Shown here piece after piece: positions 7,919-16,530 of a stretch of 20,306 nucleotides of DNA. The notes beneath the pieces are model-generated. The model saw only the letters and a list, made by a program, of their open reading frames with translations. It was not told the DNA's origin and ran no database searches. This stretch comes from Cyanophyceae cyanobacterium (GTDB taxonomy: Bacteria; Cyanobacteriota; Cyanobacteriia; Cyanobacteriales; JBHJGN01): NCBI GenBank assembly GCA_050331735.1, contig JBHJGN010000076.1:1-20306 (forward strand), written 5' to 3'. Numbering within the stretch: position 1 is the first letter of the stretch; each line of letters opens with the position of its first letter. The position numbers were made by a program, and so were the translations under genes.

Positions 7919-8239
7919 ATGGAAAACGACTGGCTTAAACAGCTACTTCTAGTGGGAGTGGGCACGACATCTTACGTAGCAGAGAGGCTGCGGGAAGTGA
8001 GCGAGCAGTGGGTCAAGGATGGCAGGATCAGTCCTGAACAGGCTAGGGCATTTGTAGACGATATGCTCGCGCAAATCAGAACCGGGCAGGGTAATTTTGA
8101 GGGTCAGATGGAGCGCCAGCTTCGCAACCTGCTTCAGGACTTAGGCGTTCCCCGTCAGTCAGAAATGGACGAGCTACGCGGACGGCTCGATCGCCTAGAG
8201 CGGCAAATGCGGGATCTAGAAAATAAGCTATGGCGCTAG
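7919..8239 (+). CDS. Phasin-like (PHA granule-associated family) coiled-coil protein
   Basis: LKQLLLVGVGTTS...WVKDGRISPEQAR..VDDM...LGVPRQSEMDELRGRLDRLE pattern; AGGAGG at 7906-7911 before ATG 7919. Confidence 0.8.
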   Translation: MENDWLKQLLLVGVGTTSYVAERLREVSEQWVKDGRISPEQARAFVDDMLAQIRTGQGNFEGQMERQLRNLLQDLGVPRQSEMDELRGRLDRLERQMRDLENKLWR

Positions 8240-8264
8240 GGCTATATAATAAGGAGGCTAATAA

Positions 8265-8783
8265 ATGAGAGAAATTTTAATCAGTTTTGGGGTAGTACTG
8301 GCCTGTGGCCTGCTGTTGGTTGTGTCTTTAATTGTCAACAGCGGCGAGCGCACGGAAGCGGCAGCCTCTAGTTTAAAGCCACAAACGGTCATGACTCAAC
8401 CCAACCTGACTGCGCAGAATATGAACAATATTGATTTAGAGCAAGCTACAGAGACTCCCTCGGGGCTGAAGTATGTAGAAATTGAAGAAGGACAAGGAGA
8501 ATCCCCTTCTAGAGGGCAAACCGTCACCGTTCACTATACAGGAACCCTCGAAGACGGCACGAAATTTGATAGCTCCCGTGATCGCAACGAGCCGTTTAAG
8601 TTTAAGCTCGGCGTTGGACAGGTAATCAAAGGCTGGGATGAAGGAGTCGGCTCGATGAAAGTCGGGGGTCGCCGCTTGCTGATTATTCCCGCTGAATTGG
8701 GTTACGGTGCTCGCGGTGCTGGCGGCGTGATTCCTCCTAATGCAACGCTTATATTCGATGTTGAGCTATTGGATGTCAACTAG
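8265..8783 (+). CDS. FKBP-type peptidyl-prolyl cis-trans isomerase with N-terminal signal/TM segment
   Basis: [62 protein letters not shown] at 8251-8257. Confidence 0.96.
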   Translation: MREILISFGVVLACGLLLVVSLIVNSGERTEAAASSLKPQTVMTQPNLTAQNMNNIDLEQATETPSGLKYVEIEEGQGESPSRGQTVTVHYTGTLEDGTKFDSSRDRNEPFKFKLGVGQVIKGWDEGVGSMKVGGRRLLIIPAELGYGARGAGGVIPPNATLIFDVELLDVN

Positions 8784-8843
8784 GAAAGCTTGACGCTCAG
8801 CAACCGAGCGAAGCTAACAGCGATCGCTCTTTTCCGAAAGCCA

Positions 8844-8906
8844 GCAGGCCAACGACACAGCGAACGGCGCTTAATCAGGAACTCTGCGCCACTGTCGTTG
8901 GTCTGC
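8844..8906. repeat. Long imperfect inverted repeat in the FKBP-pcrA spacer
   Basis: GCAGGCCAACGACA (8844-8857) and TGTCGTTGGTCTGC (8893-8906), 13/14 complementary plus one G-T pair; inner GGCGC/GCGCC. Confidence 0.7.
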
Positions 8907-9056
8907 CAAAATCGCTTAATACCGCTTCCTTTTACTAAAATAGAGGTTGCCAAGACTATGGCTTCATCACTAGGAAATGGACCCAAGCCCTACCCTAGAA
9001 CCATCCTCAACATTGCCACAAAGAATTGGTAGTACAAGCTGCTAGCCAAGCCACCG

Positions 9057-11387
9057 ATGACGATCAGCCTTCATTCTCAACTCAACTCCTCTCAACGCCT
9101 TGCAGTTGAACATTTCTGCGGTCCTCTATTAGTGGTAGCGGGCGCTGGTTCGGGGAAAACAAGAGCCTTAACCTATCGCATTGCTAACCTCATTCGTACC
9201 CATAAAGTAGCTCCAGAAAATATTCTAGCAGTAACCTTTACCAACAAAGCTGCTCGGGAGATGCGGGAGAGGATTGAGAAGATTTTTGCTCAAGAACTGG
9301 CCCAGGAGCGACACGGACAGCGCCTCGAATTATTGCCAGAATACGACCAGAAACAGCTTCAGTCAAAGGTCTACAAATCCACCACTAAACATCTCTGGAT
9401 TGGCACGTTTCACAGTCTATTTGCTCGTATCCTGCGCTACGACATTAATAAGTACCAAGACGAGCAAGGACGGACCTGGAAGCGGAATTTTTCGATTTTT
9501 GATGAATCCGATGCTCAAAGCTTGGTCAAAAACATTGCCACTAAACAGCTCAACCTCGATGAGAAGAAATTTGAGCCGCGCAGCATCCGCTATCAAATTA
9601 GTAACGCCAAAAACCAGGGTTTATCGCCTGAACAGTTTGCCCGTCAGGAGCCAAACTATCGCGGTAGGGTAGTGGCAGAAGTGTACAACGAGTATCAAGC
9701 TCAATTAGCCGCGAACAATGCCCTCGATTTTGACGATCTGATTCTCGTTCCGGTGCGGCTCTTTCAACAGAACGAAACCGTGTTGGGCTATTGGCACAAT
9801 CAATTTCGCCACATCTTGGTGGATGAATATCAGGATACCAACAGGATTCAGTACGAATTGATCCGCCTGCTGGCGACCAATGGCGAAACCCGCAAAAGCG
9901 AGTGGAATTGGCAAGGGCGCTCGGTGTTTGTCGTTGGCGATGCCGATCAGTCGATTTACTCCTTTAGAATGGCAGACTTTACCATCCTGCTAGATTTTCA
10001 GCAGGATTTCGGGGACGGGTTGCCCGATGCAGATACCCGCACGATGGTGAAGCTAGAAGAAAATTATCGCTCGCGGGCGAATATTCTTGAGGCTGCCAAC
10101 GGTTTAATCGAAAATAACACGCAGCGCATCGAGAAAATTCTTAGAGCAACGAGAGATTTAGGAGAACAAATTTACTGCTATCGCGCCGATAACGAACGAG
10201 ACGAAGCGCGATTTGCTATCTATCAAATGACTCAGCTACGGCAAGATAATCCTGAACTGGACTGGGGAAGCTTTGCCATTCTCTACAGAACAAACGCTCA
10301 GTCTCGTTCTTTTGAGGATCTGCTCATTCAAAGCAGTATTCCCTATACAATTGTTGGGGGCTTAAAGTTTTACGATCGCAAAGAGATTAAAGATGCCCTG
10401 GCTTATCTGAGAGTGATCGCCAATCCAGCGGATACGGTGAGTCTGCTGCGCATTATCAATACGCCCCGACGCGGGATCGGACAGGCAACGATTAATTCGC
10501 TGATTGCCATAGCTCAGGAGTTAGGCGTACCGCTGTGGGAGATTCTCAGCGACGAGGCTTCAGTGCGAACGATGTCTGGACGGGCGGCAAAATCGGTCAG
10601 CCGCTTTGTGGAATTAATTCAGACGCTGCAAGGACAAATTAAGACGCTATCGGCGGCTGAAATCCTCGATCGAGTGATGGAAGAGTCGGGCTACGTTCAG
10701 GATTTAAAGATTAAAGGCACCGATGAAGCCAACAACCGCCTCGAAAACATCTTAGAACTTTTCAACGCGACGCGGCAGTACCAGGAAGATAACGACGATC
10801 CTAGTTTAGAAGGATTCTTAGCGAATGCGTCGCTCGCATCGGATCTAGATAATCTGCAAGAAGGACAAAAAGCCGTCTCGATGATGACTCTGCACTCCGC
10901 TAAGGGTTTAGAATTTCCGGTCGTTTTTCTAGTCGGGTTAGAACAAGGACTGTTCCCTCATTCCCGCGCCCTCAACGATCCCCTCGATTTGGAAGAGGAA
11001 CGCCGCTTGTGCTATGTAGGCGTAACTCGCGCCCAGGAACAGCTCTTCCTCACCCACGCCAGAGAGCGCTACACCTGGGGATCGCGGGAAGTGTCCAGAC
11101 CATCGCAGTTTTTGCAGGAGCTACCGGAGGATCTCATCAGCAGCAATACAGCGCCGGCGAGTGAAGTCCGCAGCCTCCATCGTCAAAGTGAAGAGGTGAT
11201 GCCCAAGTACTACGATAAGCCGCAGCAATGGTCGCTCGGCGATCGCGTCCGGCACGATGTTTTTGGTGAAGGCGAAGTGACGCACGTTCTTGGCTCGGGA
11301 CGCAAATCAACGCTCGCGATTAAATTTCCAGGATTAGGACAAAAAATCATCGACCCCCGACTGGCCCCAATGGAGCGCATTGAGTAG
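9057..11387 (+). CDS. pcrA: ATP-dependent DNA helicase PcrA/UvrD (SF1)
   Basis: 776 aa; AGAGSGKT, TFTNKAA, VDEYQDTN, VGDADQSIY, LEENYRS, LYRTNAQSR, MTLHSAKGLEF, EEERRLCYVGVTRA and a C-terminal Tudor-like domain. Confidence 0.97.
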   Translation: MTISLHSQLNSSQRLAVEHFCGPLLVVAGAGSGKTRALTYRIANLIRTHKVAPENILAVTFTNKAAREMRERIEKIFAQELAQERHGQRLELLPEYDQKQLQSKVYKSTTKHLWIGTFHSLFARILRYDINKYQDEQGRTWKRNFSIFDESDAQSLVKNIATKQLNLDEKKFEPRSIRYQISNAKNQGLSPEQFARQEPNYRGRVVAEVYNEYQAQLAANNALDFDDLILVPVRLFQQNETVLGYWHNQFRHILVDEYQDTNRIQYELIRLLATNGETRKSEWNWQGRSVFVVGDADQSIYSFRMADFTILLDFQQDFGDGLPDADTRTMVKLEENYRSRANILEAANGLIENNTQRIEKILRATRDLGEQIYCYRADNERDEARFAIYQMTQLRQDNPELDWGSFAILYRTNAQSRSFEDLLIQSSIPYTIVGGLKFYDRKEIKDALAYLRVIANPADTVSLLRIINTPRRGIGQATINSLIAIAQELGVPLWEILSDEASVRTMSGRAAKSVSRFVELIQTLQGQIKTLSAAEILDRVMEESGYVQDLKIKGTDEANNRLENILELFNATRQYQEDNDDPSLEGFLANASLASDLDNLQEGQKAVSMMTLHSAKGLEFPVVFLVGLEQGLFPHSRALNDPLDLEEERRLCYVGVTRAQEQLFLTHARERYTWGSREVSRPSQFLQELPEDLISSNTAPASEVRSLHRQSEEVMPKYYDKPQQWSLGDRVRHDVFGEGEVTHVLGSGRKSTLAIKFPGLGQKIIDPRLAPMERIE

Positions 11388-11485
11388 ACACAATAATTAT
11401 CCCGGCAATTCTATCACCATTCATGATCTGACCTAGCAAGATAGGGAACCAAAGGGATGCTGCGGAAAATGGGAGATTTGCGCTT

Positions 11486-12397
11486 CTAAAACCTGCAAAT
11501 ATCGTTTCTAGTGGAAGATTGTGTGGTTCCAAACCATAGCAGGTTAGCTACCCGTTCAGAGCAAAAATCGATATAGGTTCTGACTAAGCGCGACAGTTGT
11601 CGTCTGGAAGGATACAGGAGATTAATTTCGCATAGCGGTAACGGGTAATTGCTCAGTAAATGCTGCAACTGGCCGTTTGCAATGTAGTCTTGTGCCAGAA
11701 ACGGTGGCAGTTCAGTGACGCATTGACCTGCGAGGGCTACTTCTAGAAGATGCAGATAGTCGTTGACCTGAAAAAATGGAGTGATTTGAATCAGTTTGTC
11801 TCCCAGCCGCCAAGTTGAGCCGATTGGATGCCAACTAGCGCGAGGCATTCTGAGCAGGTGTTCAGGGTGCAGAGGCTCGCTGTATTTTTTCAGCAGAATT
11901 GGGCTAGCAACCAGCAGATGTCGGTATTCCCCGATTGTCTGATGTACCGCTCGATTGTCTTGGCGCTCTCCGATTCTTAAAGCCACATCAATGCCATCCT
12001 CAATCAAATCAACTCGCCGCTCAGTGACCAACAGTTCTATGTTGACCTTCGGATAACGTTCTTGAAAATCTTGCAGCACCTGTCGCCAGGGGATAAACCC
12101 TGGCGGGATAGACAGATGCAGCGTTCCTGAAAGCTCATGCTGGTAATGGTCGAGCGTCGCTAAACCTGTTTCAAACGCCTCTACTCCTCGCTTAGCGTAC
12201 TCCAGAAATTTTGCTCCGGCATCCGTTAGGCGCAGATATCGAGTCGAGCGCTCTAGGAGCCGAAACCCTAAGTCCTTCTCCAGCTCTGCAATTCGTCGGC
12301 TGACTGTGGCAACGGGAACATGAGTTCGCCGCGCTGTTTCTGAGAAGCTGCCATACTGAACAACTTTAACAAAAAGTGCCGCTGCATTGAGATCCAT
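11486..12397 (-). CDS. LysR-family transcriptional regulator (CrgA/DmlR-like)
   Basis: 303 aa; HTH FVKVVQYGSFSETARR...VSRRIAELEKDLGFRLLERSTR and VDLIEDGIDVALRIG. Confidence 0.94.
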   Translation of the reverse strand: MDLNAAALFVKVVQYGSFSETARRTHVPVATVSRRIAELEKDLGFRLLERSTRYLRLTDAGAKFLEYAKRGVEAFETGLATLDHYQHELSGTLHLSIPPGFIPWRQVLQDFQERYPKVNIELLVTERRVDLIEDGIDVALRIGERQDNRAVHQTIGEYRHLLVASPILLKKYSEPLHPEHLLRMPRASWHPIGSTWRLGDKLIQITPFFQVNDYLHLLEVALAGQCVTELPPFLAQDYIANGQLQHLLSNYPLPLCEINLLYPSRRQLSRLVRTYIDFCSERVANLLWFGTTQSSTRNDICRF

Positions 12398-12400
12398 CGC

Positions 12401-12422
12401 ATCTTTTCAGATTTGAGAAGAT
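12401..12422. promoter_or_regulatory. Putative LysR operator in the divergent promoter
   Basis: ATCTTTTCAGATTTGAGAAGAT is 18/22 palindromic, contains T-N11-A, and lies 3 nt upstream of the lysR ATG. Confidence 0.5.
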
Positions 12423-12527
12423 GTCTCCTATTATTACCCTCTACTCAACAAATTTGAAATAATCTACACTACAAATCAGCTTGCTCGATTGCTGAGCGAC
12501 AAGACAACCAGTTATCTGCTGAGGAAA

Positions 12528-12959
12528 ATGCTGATGGATGACTCAAGCAAGACAGCCGTTGAACCAAGAAAAAATGCGGTCCCCTTTCACAAAATTGGTG
12601 CAGTTTGCTACGGTCTGTGGGGGCTGTGGCATATTCGTGTCGTCGCGAGCATGTTTGCATCTGCTTCGACCGAACTCGAAGGTGTTCTCCAAGCCCGGAT
12701 TTATCAGGGCGCATTCCATATTCTGTGGTTTGCAGTGGGAGCGATCGCCCTTGCCATTTTATTTAACTGGCGCAATAGTCGATTAGGATATTGGGCAAAT
12801 CTGATTATGATCGGCTGGACAGAGGTAGGACTGTTGTTATTCTTTATCGTTCCTGGTTATTTTCCTTGGCTACCGACAGGTTTTGTCGGTCCGCTGCTGT
12901 GGATATTTGCTGTTTTGCTGACAACTCTGGGCTTTTACCTGTGCCCACAGTCACCCTAA
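12528..12959 (+). CDS. Hypothetical integral membrane protein (~4 TM), divergent from lysR
   Basis: Hydrophobic segments with IGAVCYGLWGLWH, NWRNSRLGYWANL, PGYFPW...GPLLW; start uncertain (TTG 12489 or ATG 12528/12534). Confidence 0.75.
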   Translation: MLMDDSSKTAVEPRKNAVPFHKIGAVCYGLWGLWHIRVVASMFASASTELEGVLQARIYQGAFHILWFAVGAIALAILFNWRNSRLGYWANLIMIGWTEVGLLLFFIVPGYFPWLPTGFVGPLLWIFAVLLTTLGFYLCPQSP

Positions 12960-13049
12960 GCTCTCGATGCGGGGTAGTGATGGAGCGGACAGTCTGCCTG
13001 TTCGCAATGAGTCAAAGCGACAAAATGAAAAATGTTTAGAACCATAGAA

Positions 13050-13715
13050 ATGACAGCGAAATTAGTAGCGAAGCTAGGAGGATTAGCTGTACTGGTTGGG
13101 CTACTTAATATAACGGGCTGTGCTGCTACCCGTTCCCCCTCAGAGACAGCTTCTAGCCCGACCGCATCTCTAGAAGATTCAGCCGCTATGGTCTCTCAAT
13201 CTCTTCGCTCTGAGTCAGAAATATGGTCACTGCTACAGCAGGAAGGAGCTGTCGTGCTCCTTCGTCATGCTTTAGCACCAGGGACAGGAGATCCGGCTAA
13301 TTTTCAGCTCGATGACTGCTCCACTCAGCGCAACCTCTCTGAGGCTGGTCGAGCACAGGCTGTCCGCATTGGAGAGGCATTCCGGAGTCGCCAAATTCCT
13401 GTTGCTCAAGTTTTATCAAGCCAGTGGTGTCGCTGCCTAGAAACGGCAGAATTGATGGATGTTGGAACCGTAGAGCCTTTGCCTGCTCTAAACTCTGTTT
13501 TTCGCGATCGCGCTGCCGAACCGGAGCGAACTGCCCAAATCCGTCAACTGATTGTGAATCATCGCAACACCGACGGTACGGTAGTTTTGGTGACTCATGC
13601 CGCCAATATTTCAGCGATTAGCGGTATTTCAGTTCGTTCAGGAGCGATGGTGGTATTACAAGCTAACAAGGGAGAACAAATCGATATCATTGGTCAGATT
13701 GGAGCGATTCGATGA
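13050..13715 (+). CDS. Histidine phosphatase superfamily protein with predicted lipoprotein signal
   Basis: VVLLRHALAPG, QRNLSEAGRAQA, SSQWCRCLETA, LVTH; hydrophobic N-terminus ending in ITGC lipobox; start at 13032 or 13050. Confidence 0.85.
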   Translation: MTAKLVAKLGGLAVLVGLLNITGCAATRSPSETASSPTASLEDSAAMVSQSLRSESEIWSLLQQEGAVVLLRHALAPGTGDPANFQLDDCSTQRNLSEAGRAQAVRIGEAFRSRQIPVAQVLSSQWCRCLETAELMDVGTVEPLPALNSVFRDRAAEPERTAQIRQLIVNHRNTDGTVVLVTHAANISAISGISVRSGAMVVLQANKGEQIDIIGQIGAIR

Positions 13716-13782
13716 ACTGTGCTTTGATTTAGCTCTAGATTAGTTCCAGGAGAGTTCTTTGACGAGGACGTTTCTAAACCGC

Positions 13783-14520
13783 TCAAACCGCTAAAAAGCG
13801 CTGAATCACTTCTTGACTCAGTTCGCTCGTCGCTCCAGAGGCGACGATCCCACCTTTCTGCATTGCGTAGTAGCGATCCGCTTGACGGACAAAATGCAGA
13901 TGTTGTTCGACCAATAGGACTGAAATTCCGGTCGCTTCGATAATGCGGCGTACCGCCGCTTCAATTTCTAAAACAATTGAGGGCTGAATCCCTTCGGTTG
14001 GTTCATCTAGCACCAGGAGGCGAGGCTTGCCCATTAGGGCACGGGCGATCGCTAACTGCTGCTGCTGCCCTCCGCTCAAATCTCCGCCCATCCGCGACAG
14101 CATCGTTTTGAGCACCGGAAATAGCTCAAACACCTCGTCGGGAATCTCCTGACTTTTATTGCGCTGCGAGCGCGCCTCCAACCCCAGCAGGAGATTTTCT
14201 TTGACCGTAACGCGAGGAATAATCTCTCTTCCCTGCGGCACGTAGCCAATCCCTAACCTGGCCCGTTGGTCGGTTGCTAAACTGTCAATTGGTTGCCCGG
14301 CAAAAGTAATCGTGCCGGTGCACGGCTTGAGCAATCCCATAATCGTTTTGAGGAGTGTTGTTTTGCCAACGCCATTGCGTCCGATTAGGCAAACCATTTC
14401 TCCCACCGGAACGCTCATATCGACATCGCGCAGAATATGACTTTCACCATAGTAAACGTTCACTCCAAAGATTTGCAGCATTGTCTCGGTTGCCGCAGGT
14501 TTTTGAATCACTCCTTTCAT
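13783..14520 (-). CDS. urtE: Urea ABC transporter ATP-binding subunit
   Basis: YYGESHILR, GRNGVGKTT, YVPQGREI, LSGGQQQQLAIARAL, DEPTEGIQPSI; alternative start at 14481. Confidence 0.95.
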   Translation of the reverse strand: MKGVIQKPAATETMLQIFGVNVYYGESHILRDVDMSVPVGEMVCLIGRNGVGKTTLLKTIMGLLKPCTGTITFAGQPIDSLATDQRARLGIGYVPQGREIIPRVTVKENLLLGLEARSQRNKSQEIPDEVFELFPVLKTMLSRMGGDLSGGQQQQLAIARALMGKPRLLVLDEPTEGIQPSIVLEIEAAVRRIIEATGISVLLVEQHLHFVRQADRYYAMQKGGIVASGATSELSQEVIQRFLAV

Positions 14521-14548
14521 AGATTGCCACTCAATTAGATAGGGGAGT

Positions 14549-14588
14549 AAAAAAGGCTCGCTAAAGTAGGGTTACTCCTGAGCGAACC
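14549..14588 (-). terminator. Terminator-like hairpin with U6 tract between urtD and urtE
   Basis: Minus strand GGTTCGCT-caggagtaaccctacttt-AGCGAGCC-TTTTTT, with inner GAGTA/TACTT pairing. Confidence 0.5.
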
Positions 14589-14610
14589 CTCGATGCTCAA
14601 TTCCGAATTT

Positions 14611-15354
14611 TCATGCCGGTTGTCCCAAATAAACCTCAACCACTCTCGGATCGTTTTGCACTTCATTCATACTGCCCTCGCATAAGACCGACCCTTGATG
14701 CAGCACCGTTACCTGACGGGCAATTTGCCGCACAAATTCCATGTCGTGCTCAATGACAATAATCGAGTGACTTTCTGCTAGCGCCAACAGGAGTGCCCCG
14801 ACATTCTCTGTTTCTTCATCGGTGAGTCCGGCTACGGGTTCATCCACCAGCAGCAAATCGGGAGACTGGGCTACCAACATCCCGATTTCTAAGCGTTGCT
14901 TTTCTCCATGAGAGAGCAAGTCTGCTAGCAAATCGGCTTTAGCTGTTAACCCAACCGTTTCTAGTAAACTGGCAACGTTCCGCTGTTCAGAGGCAGACCG
15001 TTTGCCAAAGAGGGTAGCAAACACGTTTTTGTAGCGGTTGCAAATCAGGTCAAGGTTTTCCCGGACCGTTAACTTTAAATAGACTCTTGGCGTTTGAAAT
15101 TTGCGACCGATTCCTAAACGAGCAATTCGATATTCAGCAGTTCGCCGAAGATTGCGTCCTTGAAACAGTACCCGTCCTTCTGTCGGCTGCACTTTCCCCG
15201 TAATCACATCTAGAAATGTGGTTTTCCCCGCCCCGTTCGGTCCAATGATGGTGCGTAACTCTCCGGGCTGCATCGAAAAATTGAGCTGATTAAGCGCTTT
15301 AAATCCATCAAAGCTCACCGTTAAGTTCTCGATTTCTAAGATTTTATCGGTCAT
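14611..15354 (-). CDS. urtD: Urea ABC transporter ATP-binding subunit
   Basis: VSFDGFKAL, GPNGAGKTT, IGRKFQTP, LSHGEKQRLEIGML, DEPVAG, EHDMEFV. Confidence 0.96.
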   Translation of the reverse strand: MTDKILEIENLTVSFDGFKALNQLNFSMQPGELRTIIGPNGAGKTTFLDVITGKVQPTEGRVLFQGRNLRRTAEYRIARLGIGRKFQTPRVYLKLTVRENLDLICNRYKNVFATLFGKRSASEQRNVASLLETVGLTAKADLLADLLSHGEKQRLEIGMLVAQSPDLLLVDEPVAGLTDEETENVGALLLALAESHSIIVIEHDMEFVRQIARQVTVLHQGSVLCEGSMNEVQNDPRVVEVYLGQPA

Positions 15355-15375
15355 CGTTGATTCTGCGCCTCGAAG

Positions 15376-16497
15376 CTAATTAATTTTTCCCACTTCTTTT
15401 TCTCGCTGAACTTCTGGGGCGTCCAGGCTGGGATAGGTGGTTGTTCTTTGACGACCGAATCCTTTACCCAGGTGTTCGCCTATCCAGCCAACGATGCCTT
15501 GAGGCAATACCGTCACCACAATCAAGAATAGCGCTCCTTGGAAGAAAAGCCACACTTCAGGAAACTGTTCGCTGAGGAGCGTTTGGGCAAATCTTACGAG
15601 CAGAGTTCCCAGAATAGCTCCGACTAACGTTGCTCGTCCGCCCACGGCGACCCAAATCACCATTTCAATGGAAAAAGCGACATCCATAACGCTGGGAGTA
15701 ATAATGCCTGTCTGCACCGTGTACAGCGCTCCAGACACTCCGGCGATCGCCCCAGAGATGGCAAACACCAGCACTTTAAATCCAGTAGGATCGTAACCAG
15801 AAAACCGCACTCGCGTCTCGTCATCGCGAATCGCCACCAGGAGTCGTCCAAACCGACCGCTGGTCAGCCAGCGACAGAGGATATAGGCCAGCACCAAACA
15901 GACGATGGTAATCTCAAAGAACACAAGCTGCGCCCCAGAGGAACTGGCTAGCACTCCAAAAATGGTTTCTGTATCGGTTTTTAAGCCGTTCGTGCCGTTG
16001 ATCAGCTTCTGCTGACCGTTGAAAAAATTGAAAAATACGAGCAGGGCTGCCTGAGTGAGAATCGAGAAATAAACGCCCTTAATGCGGTTGCGAAACACCA
16101 AATACCCAAACAGCCCAGCAATGATGCCCGGGATGAGAAAGAGCGCGACAATCGTCAAGGAAAACGAGTAAAACGGGGTCCAAAACCAGGGCAGTTCATT
16201 AACTCCGTAAAGCGTAAAGAACTCTGGCAGTTGTTGGGTCGTCTGGTCTAGGTTCAGATGCATGGCTAAGGCATAGCCGCCCAGCGCAAAAAAGATGCCG
16301 TGTCCGAGACTCAGCAGCCCCGTAAACCCCCAGATCAGGTCGAGTCCCAGCGCTACAATGGCCAGCGCCAGGAATCGCCCCAGCAGCCGGAGACGAAACG
16401 CTGGCAGCACTGCCGGCATGACGATAGCTAAAATCAGCGCGATCGCCCCAACAATGATGCCCTCAACTACTAGTTTTCGCTTACTTTTGCCTCCCAT
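15376..16497 (-). CDS. urtC: Urea ABC transporter permease
   Basis: GLDLIWGFTGLLSLGHG, RIKGVYFSILTQA, AIRDDETRVRFSGY, SIEMVIWVAVGGR. Confidence 0.96.
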   Translation of the reverse strand: MGGKSKRKLVVEGIIVGAIALILAIVMPAVLPAFRLRLLGRFLALAIVALGLDLIWGFTGLLSLGHGIFFALGGYALAMHLNLDQTTQQLPEFFTLYGVNELPWFWTPFYSFSLTIVALFLIPGIIAGLFGYLVFRNRIKGVYFSILTQAALLVFFNFFNGQQKLINGTNGLKTDTETIFGVLASSSGAQLVFFEITIVCLVLAYILCRWLTSGRFGRLLVAIRDDETRVRFSGYDPTGFKVLVFAISGAIAGVSGALYTVQTGIITPSVMDVAFSIEMVIWVAVGGRATLVGAILGTLLVRFAQTLLSEQFPEVWLFFQGALFLIVVTVLPQGIVGWIGEHLGKGFGRQRTTTYPSLDAPEVQREKEVGKIN

Positions 16498-16530
16498 TGC
16501 CGTTTTAACGCCCCTTATACAGATCTAAAT

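Noticed and set aside
7919..8239. Phasin-like gene as evidence of a PHA biosynthesis cluster
   Set aside because: No phaABCE genes are nearby; this looks like an ordinary conserved cyanobacterial gene next to FKBP.
8780..9032. ORFs 8780-8986 (-) and 8790-9032 (+)
   Set aside because: They span hairpin/HIP1 spacer DNA, with no RBS or recognisable motifs.
9280..9400. Insertion in the PcrA N-terminal domain (AQELAQERHG...KVYKS)
   Set aside because: It resembles the usual cyanobacterial PcrA insertion; there are no intein motifs and it is too short for one.
12953..13006. GCGGGGTAGTGAT resembling the IS605 right end, plus a GCGGACAG/CTGTTCGC hairpin
   Set aside because: The matching left arm of an IS hairpin is absent and the similarity is too short to call.
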